A DNA stretch of 64,000 nucleotides from Minisyncoccia bacterium (lineage in GTDB: Bacteria; Patescibacteriota; Minisyncoccia; Phycocordibacterales; Phycocordibacteraceae): contig JBEKII010000001.1 in assembly GCA_050011835.1 (NCBI GenBank), positions 86,473 through 150,472 on the forward strand, written 5' to 3'. This document shows positions 37,835 to 45,650 of this stretch, piece after piece. Each line of letters begins with the position of its first letter. The first letter of the stretch is position 1. The notes beneath the pieces are model-generated. The model saw nothing but the letters and a program-made list of their open reading frames with translations. It was not told where the DNA came from and ran no database searches. The position numbers and the translations under genes were made by a program.

Positions 37835-38302
37835 CTAAATGGCTAATGCGCAACCAAACTTCGGCGCACTCAGCATTTTGCAGAGTTCCGGCGGGAAGTT
37901 GTACAACCCCCTGCTCGTCATACCGATCGAAGCTGAAATACCGAAGCAGTCCATAGGTCCCTCTTTGTGGAGGATCATCCCGAGGAGTCCTTCGTTGCTA
38001 GCGCGGGTCTTTGGGTTGTTGTAGAAGTCCACCGCAAGTTCCACAATCATCGAGAAGAAAAAGCCGTATTCGTCCTTCGTGAGTTTGATGTTCGCGTTGT
38101 CACGCTTCACCGTGATTTGGAAGAGGCATCGGATTTCATTCTCGTCCTTGGCCAGCTCCATACTGTCGAGCTGTGCGATCGGAATCCCAAACACGAGCTC
38201 GTAGTCAAGTTTGGTGTCAGCGATCTTCACGTATCCTCTATAATGGCTTCCATTGCAAACTTGCTCGACGCGCAATTCAACCGAAACTTTTCTCGCTGTC
38301 AT
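37835..38302 (-). CDS. hypothetical protein (155 aa)
   Basis: An AAAGGAGAAGG RBS sits 3 nt upstream of the ATG (MTARKVSVEL). A sigma70-like promoter, the repeat, and a terminator all flank the gene. Confidence 0.55.
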   Translation of the reverse strand: MTARKVSVELRVEQVCNGSHYRGYVKIADTKLDYELVFGIPIAQLDSMELAKDENEIRCLFQITVKRDNANIKLTKDEYGFFFSMIVELAVDFYNNPKTRASNEGLLGMILHKEGPMDCFGISASIGMTSRGLYNFPPELCKMLSAPKFGCALAI

Positions 38303-38371
38303 AGCCTTCTCCTTTTTGCTTCGACTATCCGTCAAAGCAGTTTTTATTTGCGGGAACAACTCTCTGCAGCC

Positions 38372-38399
38372 AGTATACACAATGTAAGTTATTTGTCAA
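38372..38399 (-). promoter_or_regulatory. sigma70-type promoter: TTGACA (38394-38399) - 16 nt - TATACT (38372-38377)
   Basis: Near-consensus -35 and -10 boxes read on the minus strand, ~60 nt upstream of the 37835..38302 start, immediately downstream of repeat copy B. Confidence 0.55.
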
Positions 38400-38405
38400 C
38401 ACCTT

Positions 38406-38492
38406 TGTGGACCTCAACGAAGCTGATTGGAATCAGATCATCAAAGAAGTACGGATTTTCGCTAGCCTCGCGGGACAGCTTTAGTTTTACAG
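38406..38492. repeat. 87-bp intergenic repeat, copy B, with palindrome CTGATTGGAATCAG (38423-38436)
   Basis: Direct repeat of 37680..37766. On the minus strand it abuts the -35 box of the promoter, at the position expected for an activator or operator site. Confidence 0.8.
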
Positions 38493-38571
38493 AAAAAAGA
38501 AAGCCATTGGATAAGATCCAATGGCTTCAGTACTTGATACAAAAAATCTTTTGATGTCAGGCGACAAAAGA

Positions 38572-39066
38572 TTACTCTTGCGCCTCTTGTGCCGCCACCA
38601 TACCAGCGAGCAGGCCGAGCACTGCCTCGAAGAAATCTCTACGGCCATTGTCATCGTACGTAAGGACAATCTGGTGGCCGTGCCTCATCGCCAGGCCTGT
38701 GCTATTGGCCTCATCGAATTTAGCGAAGCGAGTCCTGATATTCTCCCGTACCAGGTTATCGGCTATTTTGTAACGACTCCGACAACTTTCAAGCTCTGTA
38801 TCCAGTTTGGCCCGTTCCTTAGAGTCGAGGGGCTCAATTCTTCTACGATGGAAACGATTAACAATCTTTTCTTCGGTCGCAGCATACTTTTCACACAGGG
38901 AATAGAGCGCCCTTTCCAGCTCATTCATTTCCCCGACTACCTTCTCACCAGGAGCTACTTGCTTCATGATGTCGGTAAATTGCCCGCTCCGCATAGCCTC
39001 AAAAAGCTCCTCAATGAAAGTACCTTTCAAAGCCTCGCTACCGAGAATTGCCAACTTTCCTTTCAT
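38572..39066 (-). CDS. hypothetical protein (164 aa)
   Basis: A GGAGAAAGGAG RBS precedes the ATG, and there is an upstream TTGACA-17-TTACAT promoter-like sequence. No motif recognised. Confidence 0.5.
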   Translation of the reverse strand: MKGKLAILGSEALKGTFIEELFEAMRSGQFTDIMKQVAPGEKVVGEMNELERALYSLCEKYAATEEKIVNRFHRRRIEPLDSKERAKLDTELESCRSRYKIADNLVRENIRTRFAKFDEANSTGLAMRHGHQIVLTYDDNGRRDFFEAVLGLLAGMVAAQEAQE

Positions 39067-39154
39067 TTCTCTGCTCCTTTCTCCTTACTTGATTTTTTGG
39101 GTCTGTTACAACATCTATCTAAATGTAAGCATAATGGCTAAAATATGTCAAGAT

Positions 39155-39230
39155 TGGTGGACCCGAGGGGCTTCGAACCCCTTGCCTCCGCAATGCCATC
39201 GCGGCGCTCTACCAAGTGAGCTACGGGCCC
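39155..39230 (-). tRNA. tRNA-Ala (anticodon GGC), CCA encoded
   Basis: Manual fold: acceptor GGGCCCG/CGGGTCC with the G3:U70 alanine identity pair; anticodon loop ATGGCAT; T arm AGGGG-TTCGAAG-CCCCT. Confidence 0.85.
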
Positions 39231-39264
39231 GTACTTTATTTCTACCGCGTTTTGTTTCCAAAAT

Positions 39265-40101
39265 CTACCCTTCCAATTTCAAATTCTTCCCTTCTGCGTT
39301 CAAACGGAAAAAATTTTCAAACAATTTTGCAACAAGAATTGGCCCGGTGCCGCCGGGAGTTGGCGTATAAAAAATAATGCGCTGGTCGTCAGGCACTAAT
39401 TGTTCGTAATCAAAATCCCCGTGCATATTATCATACCCAAAATCAATCACCGCAGCACCTGTCTTGAGCATTTCCGGCTTTATAATGCTCGCCCTGCCGA
39501 CTCCGGTAATCACAAGGTCGGCATGTCTAAGTAAAGAAAGGTCACTCGTGCTTCGAAAAAGAATTGTTTCTCTTGCCTTGCGCATTATCCAATTCGCAAT
39601 CGGCCGACCGACAAGAAGACCGAGACCGACCACAGCAACGCTATGCAAACTAAGGTCGTATTTTTGCATCTCACACACCGCCTTCACAACACCCACCGCC
39701 GGTGAAAACATATCGGATTGCCCCGTGTAAAACGTGCCGAGCGAGCGAGCGCCCAAAACGTCAACGTCTTTCTCTGGTGGAATAATATTCAAAATAGAAT
39801 GGCGGTTGAGATGGTTCGGCAATGGCAGCTGCACAATTACACCGCCGCAATTTTTATCCGTCGCAATTTCCTTGACTCCATCCTGAAGGACATCATTTTC
39901 TATTTTTTCAGGAAATCGATAGAGACGGAAATCGATACCGATTTTCTTCGCGATATTTTCTTTTTGTTTCAAAAAACTCATCGATGCCACATTGTCGCCC
40001 ACCAAAACCGCCGCACAAAATTTCTTCGGCTTCGGCAGTGCTGCGAGCTGCCTCACAATATCATTCGCTATTCCTTTCCCATCAATGATTTGGTCTTTCA
40101 T
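39265..40101 (-). CDS. folD: bifunctional methylenetetrahydrofolate dehydrogenase/cyclohydrolase FolD
   Basis: 278 aa with a Rossmann region VVGLGLLVGRPIANW and a C-terminal TPTPGGTGP motif, matching FolD. Confidence 0.9.
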   Translation of the reverse strand: MKDQIIDGKGIANDIVRQLAALPKPKKFCAAVLVGDNVASMSFLKQKENIAKKIGIDFRLYRFPEKIENDVLQDGVKEIATDKNCGGVIVQLPLPNHLNRHSILNIIPPEKDVDVLGARSLGTFYTGQSDMFSPAVGVVKAVCEMQKYDLSLHSVAVVGLGLLVGRPIANWIMRKARETILFRSTSDLSLLRHADLVITGVGRASIIKPEMLKTGAAVIDFGYDNMHGDFDYEQLVPDDQRIIFYTPTPGGTGPILVAKLFENFFRLNAEGKNLKLEG

Positions 40102-40109
40102 TTTTATTG

Positions 40110-40182
40110 TGGACCATAGCGGGCTCGAACCGCTGACCTCGTCAATGCGAATGACGCGCTCTACCAGCTGAGCTAATGGCCC
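40110..40182 (-). tRNA. tRNA-Ala (anticodon CGC)
   Basis: Acceptor GGGCCAT/ATGGTCC with G3:U70; anticodon stem CGTCA/TGACG with loop TTCGCAT; T arm AGCGG-TTCGAGC-CCGCT. CCA is not encoded. Confidence 0.8.
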
Positions 40183-40219
40183 GTGCGAGATATGCTACCA
40201 CGTGTAAAAGTTATTTTCA

Positions 40220-40290
40220 TCGGGCCGCCGGGAATTGAACCCGGTCTACATCCACCCCATGGATGCGTACTACCGACATACTCCGGCCCG
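40220..40290 (-). tRNA. tRNA-Pro (anticodon GGG)
   Basis: Acceptor CGGGCCG/CGGCCCG (C1:G72); anticodon stem CATCC/GGATG with loop ATGGGGT; T arm CCGGG-TTCAATT-CCCGG; 4-nt variable loop. Confidence 0.75.
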
Positions 40291-40309
40291 TTTAAGGAGC
40301 TGCCTTCTG

Positions 40310-40380
40310 TCGGGCCGCCGGGAATTGAACCCGGTCTACACGCACCCGAAGCGTGCGTACTACCGGCATACTCCGGCCCG
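40310..40380 (-). tRNA. tRNA-Pro (anticodon CGG)
   Basis: Near-identical paralogue of the preceding tRNA-Pro, with anticodon arm CACGC-TTCGGGT-GCGTG. Confidence 0.75.
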
Positions 40381-40399
40381 ACACAGGACACCTCCTGAG

Positions 40400-40473
40400 T
40401 GCGCTCTATAGGATTCGAACCTATGACCTCTCGCGTGTGAAGCGAACGCTCTAACCAGCTGAGCTAAGAGCGC
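40400..40473 (-). tRNA. tRNA-Val (anticodon CAC)
   Basis: Acceptor GCGCTCT/AGAGCGC; anticodon arm TTCGC-TTCACAC-GCGAG; T arm ATAGG-TTCGAAT-CCTAT. Confidence 0.8.
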
Positions 40474-40502
40474 GCACACGACGTACCATAACAGATATCT
40501 GA

Positions 40503-41438
40503 TTAGATTCCCAGATTTGCAAGTGCGCGCGTCACTTCATTAATCGGCAACGAGAAGCCGATATTCTCCGAGCCCTGCACCATCGCGACATTGATGCCAA
40601 TCGCTTCGCCTGTAAGATCTACCAGCGGACCGCCGGAATTCCCTGGATTGATAGCGGCATCGGTCTGTATCACTCCCGTTAAGGTTTCCGCGTTGCCCTG
40701 ATTATCTGACGCAGTGATACTTCGATTAAGACCGGATATGACACCGACAGAAACTGAATTGTTGTACTGCCCAAGTGCGTTCCCAACTGCAAAAACTGAT
40801 TGCGCGAGTTGGAGTGTTGAAGAATCGCCAAGCGGGACGACAGGATAACCGCTTCCGGCAATTTTTACTACAGCGAGGTCTTCTGTAGAGGAGCGCCAGA
40901 TGACAGTGCCTGTTTTCTGTGCTCCGCTAGCGAGCAATACGGTATATGTTGCGTTTTCATCCGGCACGACGTGTTTGTTGGTTATGACATAGCCATTGCT
41001 GCGCACGAGGAAGCCGGTGCCGGCGGAAACCTGCTCGGTCGTTGTGCCTACTTGCTGATAGACAGGTATCTGCATCCCGAAGCCCTGGAAAAACGGGTCG
41101 TTGCCAAAAGGATTTTCATACGTTACTTGAAGCTTTGGCACCTCCTGGCTCTCCACGATAGAAACGACCGCGGGCGTTACCTGCGCGACGGCATCTTGGA
41201 GCGATTGTGTCTCAGATTTCTGCGCCACTTGTTCGCGCCGCGCAAGTTCAGCGATATTCGCCGCAGTGCTTGACGCAGTTACATTTGCACTGTTTGCAAC
41301 TTGAACGATTGAAGATTGGAGAGTTGCAACTGAATGTGAAAGACGCGAGATTTCTTGATTTTCATAGAAGAATCCAGCCACAAGTAGCAGAACCGCCAGC
41401 AATGTCACGAGCCAGAGTTTATCGGTCTTATTTTTCAT
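40503..41438 (-). CDS. S1C (HtrA/DegP-like) trypsin-fold serine protease without PDZ domain
   Basis: Signal/anchor helix; catalytic His (ITNKHVV), Asp, and the Ser motif TDAAINPGNSGGPL. It ends after the protease domain at 311 aa. Confidence 0.85.
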   Translation of the reverse strand: MKNKTDKLWLVTLLAVLLLVAGFFYENQEISRLSHSVATLQSSIVQVANSANVTASSTAANIAELARREQVAQKSETQSLQDAVAQVTPAVVSIVESQEVPKLQVTYENPFGNDPFFQGFGMQIPVYQQVGTTTEQVSAGTGFLVRSNGYVITNKHVVPDENATYTVLLASGAQKTGTVIWRSSTEDLAVVKIAGSGYPVVPLGDSSTLQLAQSVFAVGNALGQYNNSVSVGVISGLNRSITASDNQGNAETLTGVIQTDAAINPGNSGGPLVDLTGEAIGINVAMVQGSENIGFSLPINEVTRALANLGI

Positions 41439-41479
41439 ACTCTTAATATTACGCGGCTGAACTATATTTTGCTACGCGA

Positions 41480-41587
41480 GTGGGCCACGGTGGAGGACGT
41501 TCGAACTTTTCTCTTGGAAGAAAGGCACTCCCGCATGTTAACACGGCACGATTAGTCGTGCGACGATCTTTTCGATTTCCTCATAAG
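41480..41587. repeat. X-element copy 1 (~110 nt structured repeat, possible small RNA), in htrA 5' region
   Basis: ~90% identical to 44661..44782. On the minus strand it ends ...GTCCTCCACCGTGGCCCAC, and a 9-bp palindrome TTCATCTAG/CTAGATGAA sits at its distal end (41588-41611). Confidence 0.7.
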
Positions 41588-41679
41588 TTCATCTAGTGGG
41601 GTCTAGATGAAGCGTTGGATCTTTGACAGGCACAGTGATGGACTCAAAATTTGAAATGAGAGTATAATAATGCCCAAAC

Positions 41680-42156
41680 ATGGCAAGTATAACCTTCAGC
41701 AAAGAGGAATTTGATGCGGTAAAAGCAAAGGCAGAGGCAGACTACAAAAAAGTAGGGGAGGTACAATGTCCTTATCTGAACAGCAAAATTGCTTTCAATG
41801 CAAAAGGCTTGGATCATATAAAAATGAAAAAATGGAACCATGCTAGGAGTAAAGACGATCAATTCATGAGGCTTAAACTACTTCATTTGGCACCTAGTGT
41901 GCTTAAAGAATCTCATACTCTCCAGGGCATTGATCAAGGAAACAAAATGGAACGTATTAAAATTAATTCACGATGGGAATTTAAAATGGTTTTTGTTTCC
42001 TATTATGATTTCATAAGCGTCATATCTGGGTGCAGAATAAGAATTGTGGTTAAAAATATAGAAAATGGCCCCAATTACTTTTGGAGCATTATTCCTTATT
42101 GGAAACAAGGGAATTATCGTAGGGAAATGTTTGAGGGGAATCCAGAAGAGGATTAA
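41680..42156 (+). CDS. hypothetical protein (158 aa), low GC
   Basis: A plus-strand ORF inside the AT-rich island. TATAAT lies 12 nt upstream of the ATG, and a strong terminator follows the stop. Confidence 0.5.
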   Translation: MASITFSKEEFDAVKAKAEADYKKVGEVQCPYLNSKIAFNAKGLDHIKMKKWNHARSKDDQFMRLKLLHLAPSVLKESHTLQGIDQGNKMERIKINSRWEFKMVFVSYYDFISVISGCRIRIVVKNIENGPNYFWSIIPYWKQGNYRREMFEGNPEED

Positions 42157-42162
42157 CAAAAA

Positions 42163-42190
42163 ACCGCCACAACACGTGGCGGTTTTTCGG
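42163..42190. terminator. bidirectional rho-independent terminator
   Basis: AAAAA-ACCGCCAC-aaca-GTGGCGGT-TTTTT: a stem with A and T tracts on either side, lying between convergent 41680..42156 (+) and the SDR gene (-). Confidence 0.65.
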
Positions 42191-42403
42191 TGGCACCTGG
42201 CTACGGTTTATGTATTAACCGTGGGAGAACTAGGTCCTCACAAGTGCCTTGCCAGTATAACAAATATGGATGAGGATTTCAAGAAGTTGGGGATAATGAA
42301 AATATGCCTTAAAATAAGGCTCTCCGGTCTAGCTCAAAGTAGCTGCGGGTCTGCGGCTCTATCTTTTGCAAATTTTACGTCCTAGAATCTCATCACGGGT
42401 CAA

Positions 42404-43153
42404 TTAAGAACCCAACATTTCGGCTTCCTTCAAATAGATTTCTGTTGTTGCTGTATCACCACCGTCAATTGTGATCGTCGTCCCGTTTATGTAGCTTGAA
42501 TTATTGGAGAGGAGGAAAAAGACGAGCTGCGCGATATCCTCATAAGTTCCGTTCCTTTTAAGAGGATTCATATCAGCGGCTTCTTTGAGCAAATCTGGCG
42601 GAGCCTGCATGCCGTCTCCTATCCAGCCAGGAGCAATTGCATTCACACGTACCTTCTTTTTACTCAAGATAACCGCAAGACTCTTGGTGAGATTAAGAAG
42701 TGCTGCCTTGCTTGCGGCATAGGCGATGCCATCGATACCACCTACCATCGCGTCAATGCTTGATATGTTGACGATAGATGCCCCCTCAGCTAACTGATTC
42801 TTGAGGCCATGGACGATAATGAGTGGCGTATTGAAGTTGATCTCGATAGTCCTATCCCAATCTTCCATCTTGAGATTATCAAATTCGATGGGTACGAATA
42901 CTCCAGCACTATTCACAATACCGTCGAAGCTGACACTGGAAAGCTCTTTGAGTAGTCGCATCGTATTATGTCGATCTGAAAAGTCGCATTGGAACACCTT
43001 TATGTTCTTGAGTTCTTCAACAAGTTTGTTTGCTTCCGCTTTGTTTGTGTTGTACACGCCGTATACAAAAAAGCCTTTCTGCACGAGAAGTCTGGCTGTG
43101 GCTTCCCCCATGCCACGAGATACGCCTGTAACGAGGATGTTTTTCATGATCAA
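42404..43153 (-). CDS. SDR family oxidoreductase (FabG-like)
   Basis: TGVSRGMGEATARLL (TGxxxGxG), NSAG, and the catalytic YAASKAAL (YxxxK). Confidence 0.85.
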   Translation of the reverse strand: MIMKNILVTGVSRGMGEATARLLVQKGFFVYGVYNTNKAEANKLVEELKNIKVFQCDFSDRHNTMRLLKELSSVSFDGIVNSAGVFVPIEFDNLKMEDWDRTIEINFNTPLIIVHGLKNQLAEGASIVNISSIDAMVGGIDGIAYAASKAALLNLTKSLAVILSKKKVRVNAIAPGWIGDGMQAPPDLLKEAADMNPLKRNGTYEDIAQLVFFLLSNNSSYINGTTITIDGGDTATTEIYLKEAEMLGS

Positions 43154-43286
43154 AGTATAGCAGAGTTCGAATTCTTAGATGGGTACATTTCTTTAAGTCT
43201 CGAACCGATTTTTAAAATGGCTTAGAATATGATGCTCTTCGGAGTCCGAACCTATCTCAAGTTAGCTGGGAGTAAAGGAATCGAAT

Positions 43287-43369
43287 CTTTATTTGGCTTA
43301 TATTTATATAATTGATTTAAGAGTTTAAGAAGGGAGAATTTGCCCAAAAGCGCAATTTTACCTACCTAT
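43287..43369. repeat. S-element copy (~80 nt AT-rich intergenic repeat)
   Basis: CTTTATTTGGCTTATAT...TTAAGAGTTTAAGAAGGGAGAATTTGCCCAAAAG.GCAATTTTACCTAC, ~85-90% identical to 44585..44660 and 46732..46808. Confidence 0.75.
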
Positions 43370-43434
43370 ATGGTGGGCCACAGTAGAGGACGTTCGAACT
43401 TTTTATCGAGAAACAGAAAACCTTGCAATTTAGA
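43370..43434. repeat. X-element partial copy (3' ~35 nt conserved, ends ...CTGTGGCCCACCA on minus strand)
   Basis: TGGTGGGCCACAGTAGAGGACGTTCGAACTT matches the 3' end of the X elements. It begins 1 nt after the stop of the exonuclease gene. Confidence 0.65.
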
Positions 43435-43435
43435 A

Positions 43436-43942
43436 TTATAATATGATCTTTCGTAAAATATCAGCAGCAATCCTACAATCTTCTAGGGCATTATGAAGTT
43501 CTCTGGGTTTTGCTCCGAATTCCCTAAAGATCTCCTCTGAACGCAGACTGCCACTATACCCCTTTTTTAGCAGGTGGATATAGGCGACAGGCCAGATATC
43601 TAAAATATGATAATCATACTGCTCCCAGGTTATTCCCGCCGCATTTATAATTTTCTTAAAATGCGTTATGTCTAAAGTCGCCGCCCAGGATCCGATAAGA
43701 ATGTCTGTTCCGAACTTTTCAAAAATCAGTCGTCCAACTTCCGCTTGCGAGGGAGCACCCTTCAACGTATCTTGAGATATACCCGAGATAACATTAACTT
43801 CACCCTTGAGATCGGCAAAAATATACGAAGAGAAGTTATCTATTTCATTCAAGGTTTCTTTATCTAAAAGTACCGCTCCGATTTGATTCGGTTCCGGTCT
43901 ACCTTCAAAATCGATAAATAAAATGTTTTTTGCAAATTTCAT
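43436..43942 (-). CDS. DEDDh-type 3'-5' exonuclease (DnaQ-like)
   Basis: Exo I FIDFEG, Exo II-like region, and Exo III HNALEDCRIAA (H-x4-D). 168 aa and AT-rich. Confidence 0.65.
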   Translation of the reverse strand: MKFAKNILFIDFEGRPEPNQIGAVLLDKETLNEIDNFSSYIFADLKGEVNVISGISQDTLKGAPSQAEVGRLIFEKFGTDILIGSWAATLDITHFKKIINAAGITWEQYDYHILDIWPVAYIHLLKKGYSGSLRSEEIFREFGAKPRELHNALEDCRIAADILRKIIL

Positions 43943-43975
43943 ATGCTGGCTGCACAGTATAACACGAGAACTAAA

Positions 43976-44554
43976 TTAGGATTTCTCAAGCACACATAAC
44001 ACTTCATCAAAACCACCTTTAGAGATACCTTCGAAATGAGAGATGTGCCATTTCCCATTCTCAACTTCTCGGCGAAAACCATCTGAACTGAAGAAGCTTT
44101 GCCAATGTATGGGTGACTTTTGTTTCAGTCTGAAATTCACCCAGAAATCCAGTAGCGCAAGCTGTATTTTACCGAAGAAATTGTGGTATAACTCTTCGAC
44201 AAGAATAATGCGTTTTGAAGTAACGCGCCTCATTTCTTCTAAGAGCGCCTTCCGATCAAATGCGTGATGCAGCACATACGTGGCAATTGAAGTCTCGAAG
44301 GCATTGTCGTCGAAAGGCATTCGTCTCCCATCGTAGAGAATAAAATTCTTCACGTTGACGGCTTTTGGATGTTTAATGATTTCAAGCGACACAATTTTTA
44401 TCCCTGCCCTCTCTGCAAAAAATGAGAAGTGGCCCAAACCGCTACCAATATTCAGATTGGTATCGAGGAGATAAGGATGTATTCGTTCAAACCACTGTTT
44501 TTGATATTGCTGAATGAAGCTAGTTGCGTCCATTGGATGCAGTATATCTCCCAA
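43976..44554 (-). CDS. class I SAM-dependent methyltransferase
   Basis: Motif I LLDTNLNIGSGLGHF, post-I acidic residue (VSLEI), and motif IV-like DDNAFE. AT-rich. The start may be the internal ATG at MDATSF. Confidence 0.65.
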   Translation of the reverse strand: MGDILHPMDATSFIQQYQKQWFERIHPYLLDTNLNIGSGLGHFSFFAERAGIKIVSLEIIKHPKAVNVKNFILYDGRRMPFDDNAFETSIATYVLHHAFDRKALLEEMRRVTSKRIILVEELYHNFFGKIQLALLDFWVNFRLKQKSPIHWQSFFSSDGFRREVENGKWHISHFEGISKGGFDEVLCVLEKS

Positions 44555-44584
44555 AATATCCAGCTGGGGGTAAGGAGATCAAAC

Positions 44585-44660
44585 CTTTATTTTAGCTTAT
44601 ATAATTGATTTAAGAGTTTAAGAAGGGAGAATTTGTCCCAAAGTGCAATTTCTACCTACA
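44585..44660. repeat. S-element copy
   Basis: See 43287..43369. It is located between X-element copy 2 and the methyltransferase start. Confidence 0.75.
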
Positions 44661-44782
44661 TGGTGGGCCACAGTGGAGGACGTTCGAACTTTTCTCTTGG
44701 AAGAAAGGCACTCCCGCATGTTAGCACAGCACGATGAGTCGTGCGACGATCTGTTCGATTTCCTCACAGATTCATCATAAGG
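44661..44782. repeat. X-element copy 2 (full length, ends ...GTCCTCCACTGTGGCCCACCA on minus strand)
   Basis: ~120-nt element with an internal hairpin CACGA-CTCA-TCGTG and the palindrome GTTCGAAC, with a tRNA-like CCACCA terminus. Compensatory-looking changes relative to copy 1 occur in the hairpin region. Confidence 0.7.
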
Positions 44783-44894
44783 CTCACGAATGACGATACA
44801 AGAAAGGTAATTGTGCCTCATAAGGCAAAATTTAGTAAAACAAGATATCGGAGGAACTTCTCTATAATTAAAATAGCTTCCAACGTCGCACCCG

Positions 44895-45638
44895 CTATCG
44901 ACTGGCCGTTTCAGTCTTGGTATTCCATCTATAAAAATAATAGAACCAAAAATTCGTCCCGATTCTTTTAACAGAAAATCTATAATGAGAAAATTCTTTA
45001 ATCACTTTCTCTGAAAATGCAGAGGCAAAGGCGTAATCAGCCGACCGCTTCTTGGGATCCCATACGCCCCGCCTAACTCGGCCACGAGCAGTTGTATGGC
45101 AATTCGGGATTGCTATCAAGAGCTGCGATTCTCGTTTCAGTTTCTCATTTAAATCTTTTACAAAACGCTTAATTCCTTTACGCAGAGAGGTCGACGAAAT
45201 CGAAGTAATTGCAACAATTATATCAATGCTATTATTGCGAATCCTTCTTCTCTTTCCGGATACGACATCCTTCCCCTGAAATTTTCGGATGTCCCCTTTT
45301 ATGAATCGGATCTTCGGATAATCCTTATATGTATCAGCGGCATCCTTCAAAGAATCTTCGATGAGATCGCAGACAATAATATTCAAGTTTTTGAAAGGTT
45401 TCTTTCCGATCTTCTTTTGGATAAATTTAAGCTCGTAACCATTATTGACGCCAATATCGAGCAGGTGATCGCCTGGAGAAAATCGCATCCATTTGAGAGC
45501 TTGTTTCAAGCTCCGCTTTATGTCGGGGTTGGAATATAAAATCTTCTGGGCTTTCTGGTAATCGGATTCAGGACCGTATTTCTTCCTGTAATCCTCGGGT
45601 AAGCTTTTTTCCCTAATTATCTGCGATGTCCATTTCAT
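44895..45638 (-). CDS. SAM-dependent methyltransferase
   Basis: Motif I HLLDIGVNNGYE and an acidic post-I residue (IVCDLIED). 247 aa and AT-rich. Confidence 0.6.
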   Translation of the reverse strand: MKWTSQIIREKSLPEDYRKKYGPESDYQKAQKILYSNPDIKRSLKQALKWMRFSPGDHLLDIGVNNGYELKFIQKKIGKKPFKNLNIIVCDLIEDSLKDAADTYKDYPKIRFIKGDIRKFQGKDVVSGKRRRIRNNSIDIIVAITSISSTSLRKGIKRFVKDLNEKLKRESQLLIAIPNCHTTARGRVRRGVWDPKKRSADYAFASAFSEKVIKEFSHYRFSVKRIGTNFWFYYFYRWNTKTETASR

Positions 45639-45650
45639 AAAAAGATGAAA

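Noticed and set aside
40173-40398. Two ~70-aa ORFs on both strands over the tRNA-Pro pair
   Set aside because: They are translations of the tandem tRNA genes (the repeated GPPGIEPGL peptide); they are not protein-coding.
40200-40480. Near-identical ~70-bp units spaced ~100 bp apart, which could superficially suggest a CRISPR-like array
   Set aside because: The units fold as canonical tRNAs (Pro-GGG, Pro-CGG, Val-CAC). There are only two near-identical units, and no cas genes are present.
44661-44782. X element as a preQ1, SAM or other riboswitch, suggested by the nearby queuosine and methyltransferase genes
   Set aside because: Copies occur upstream of unrelated genes (htrA) and after a stop codon, and no match to the riboswitch consensus motifs I can recall was seen.
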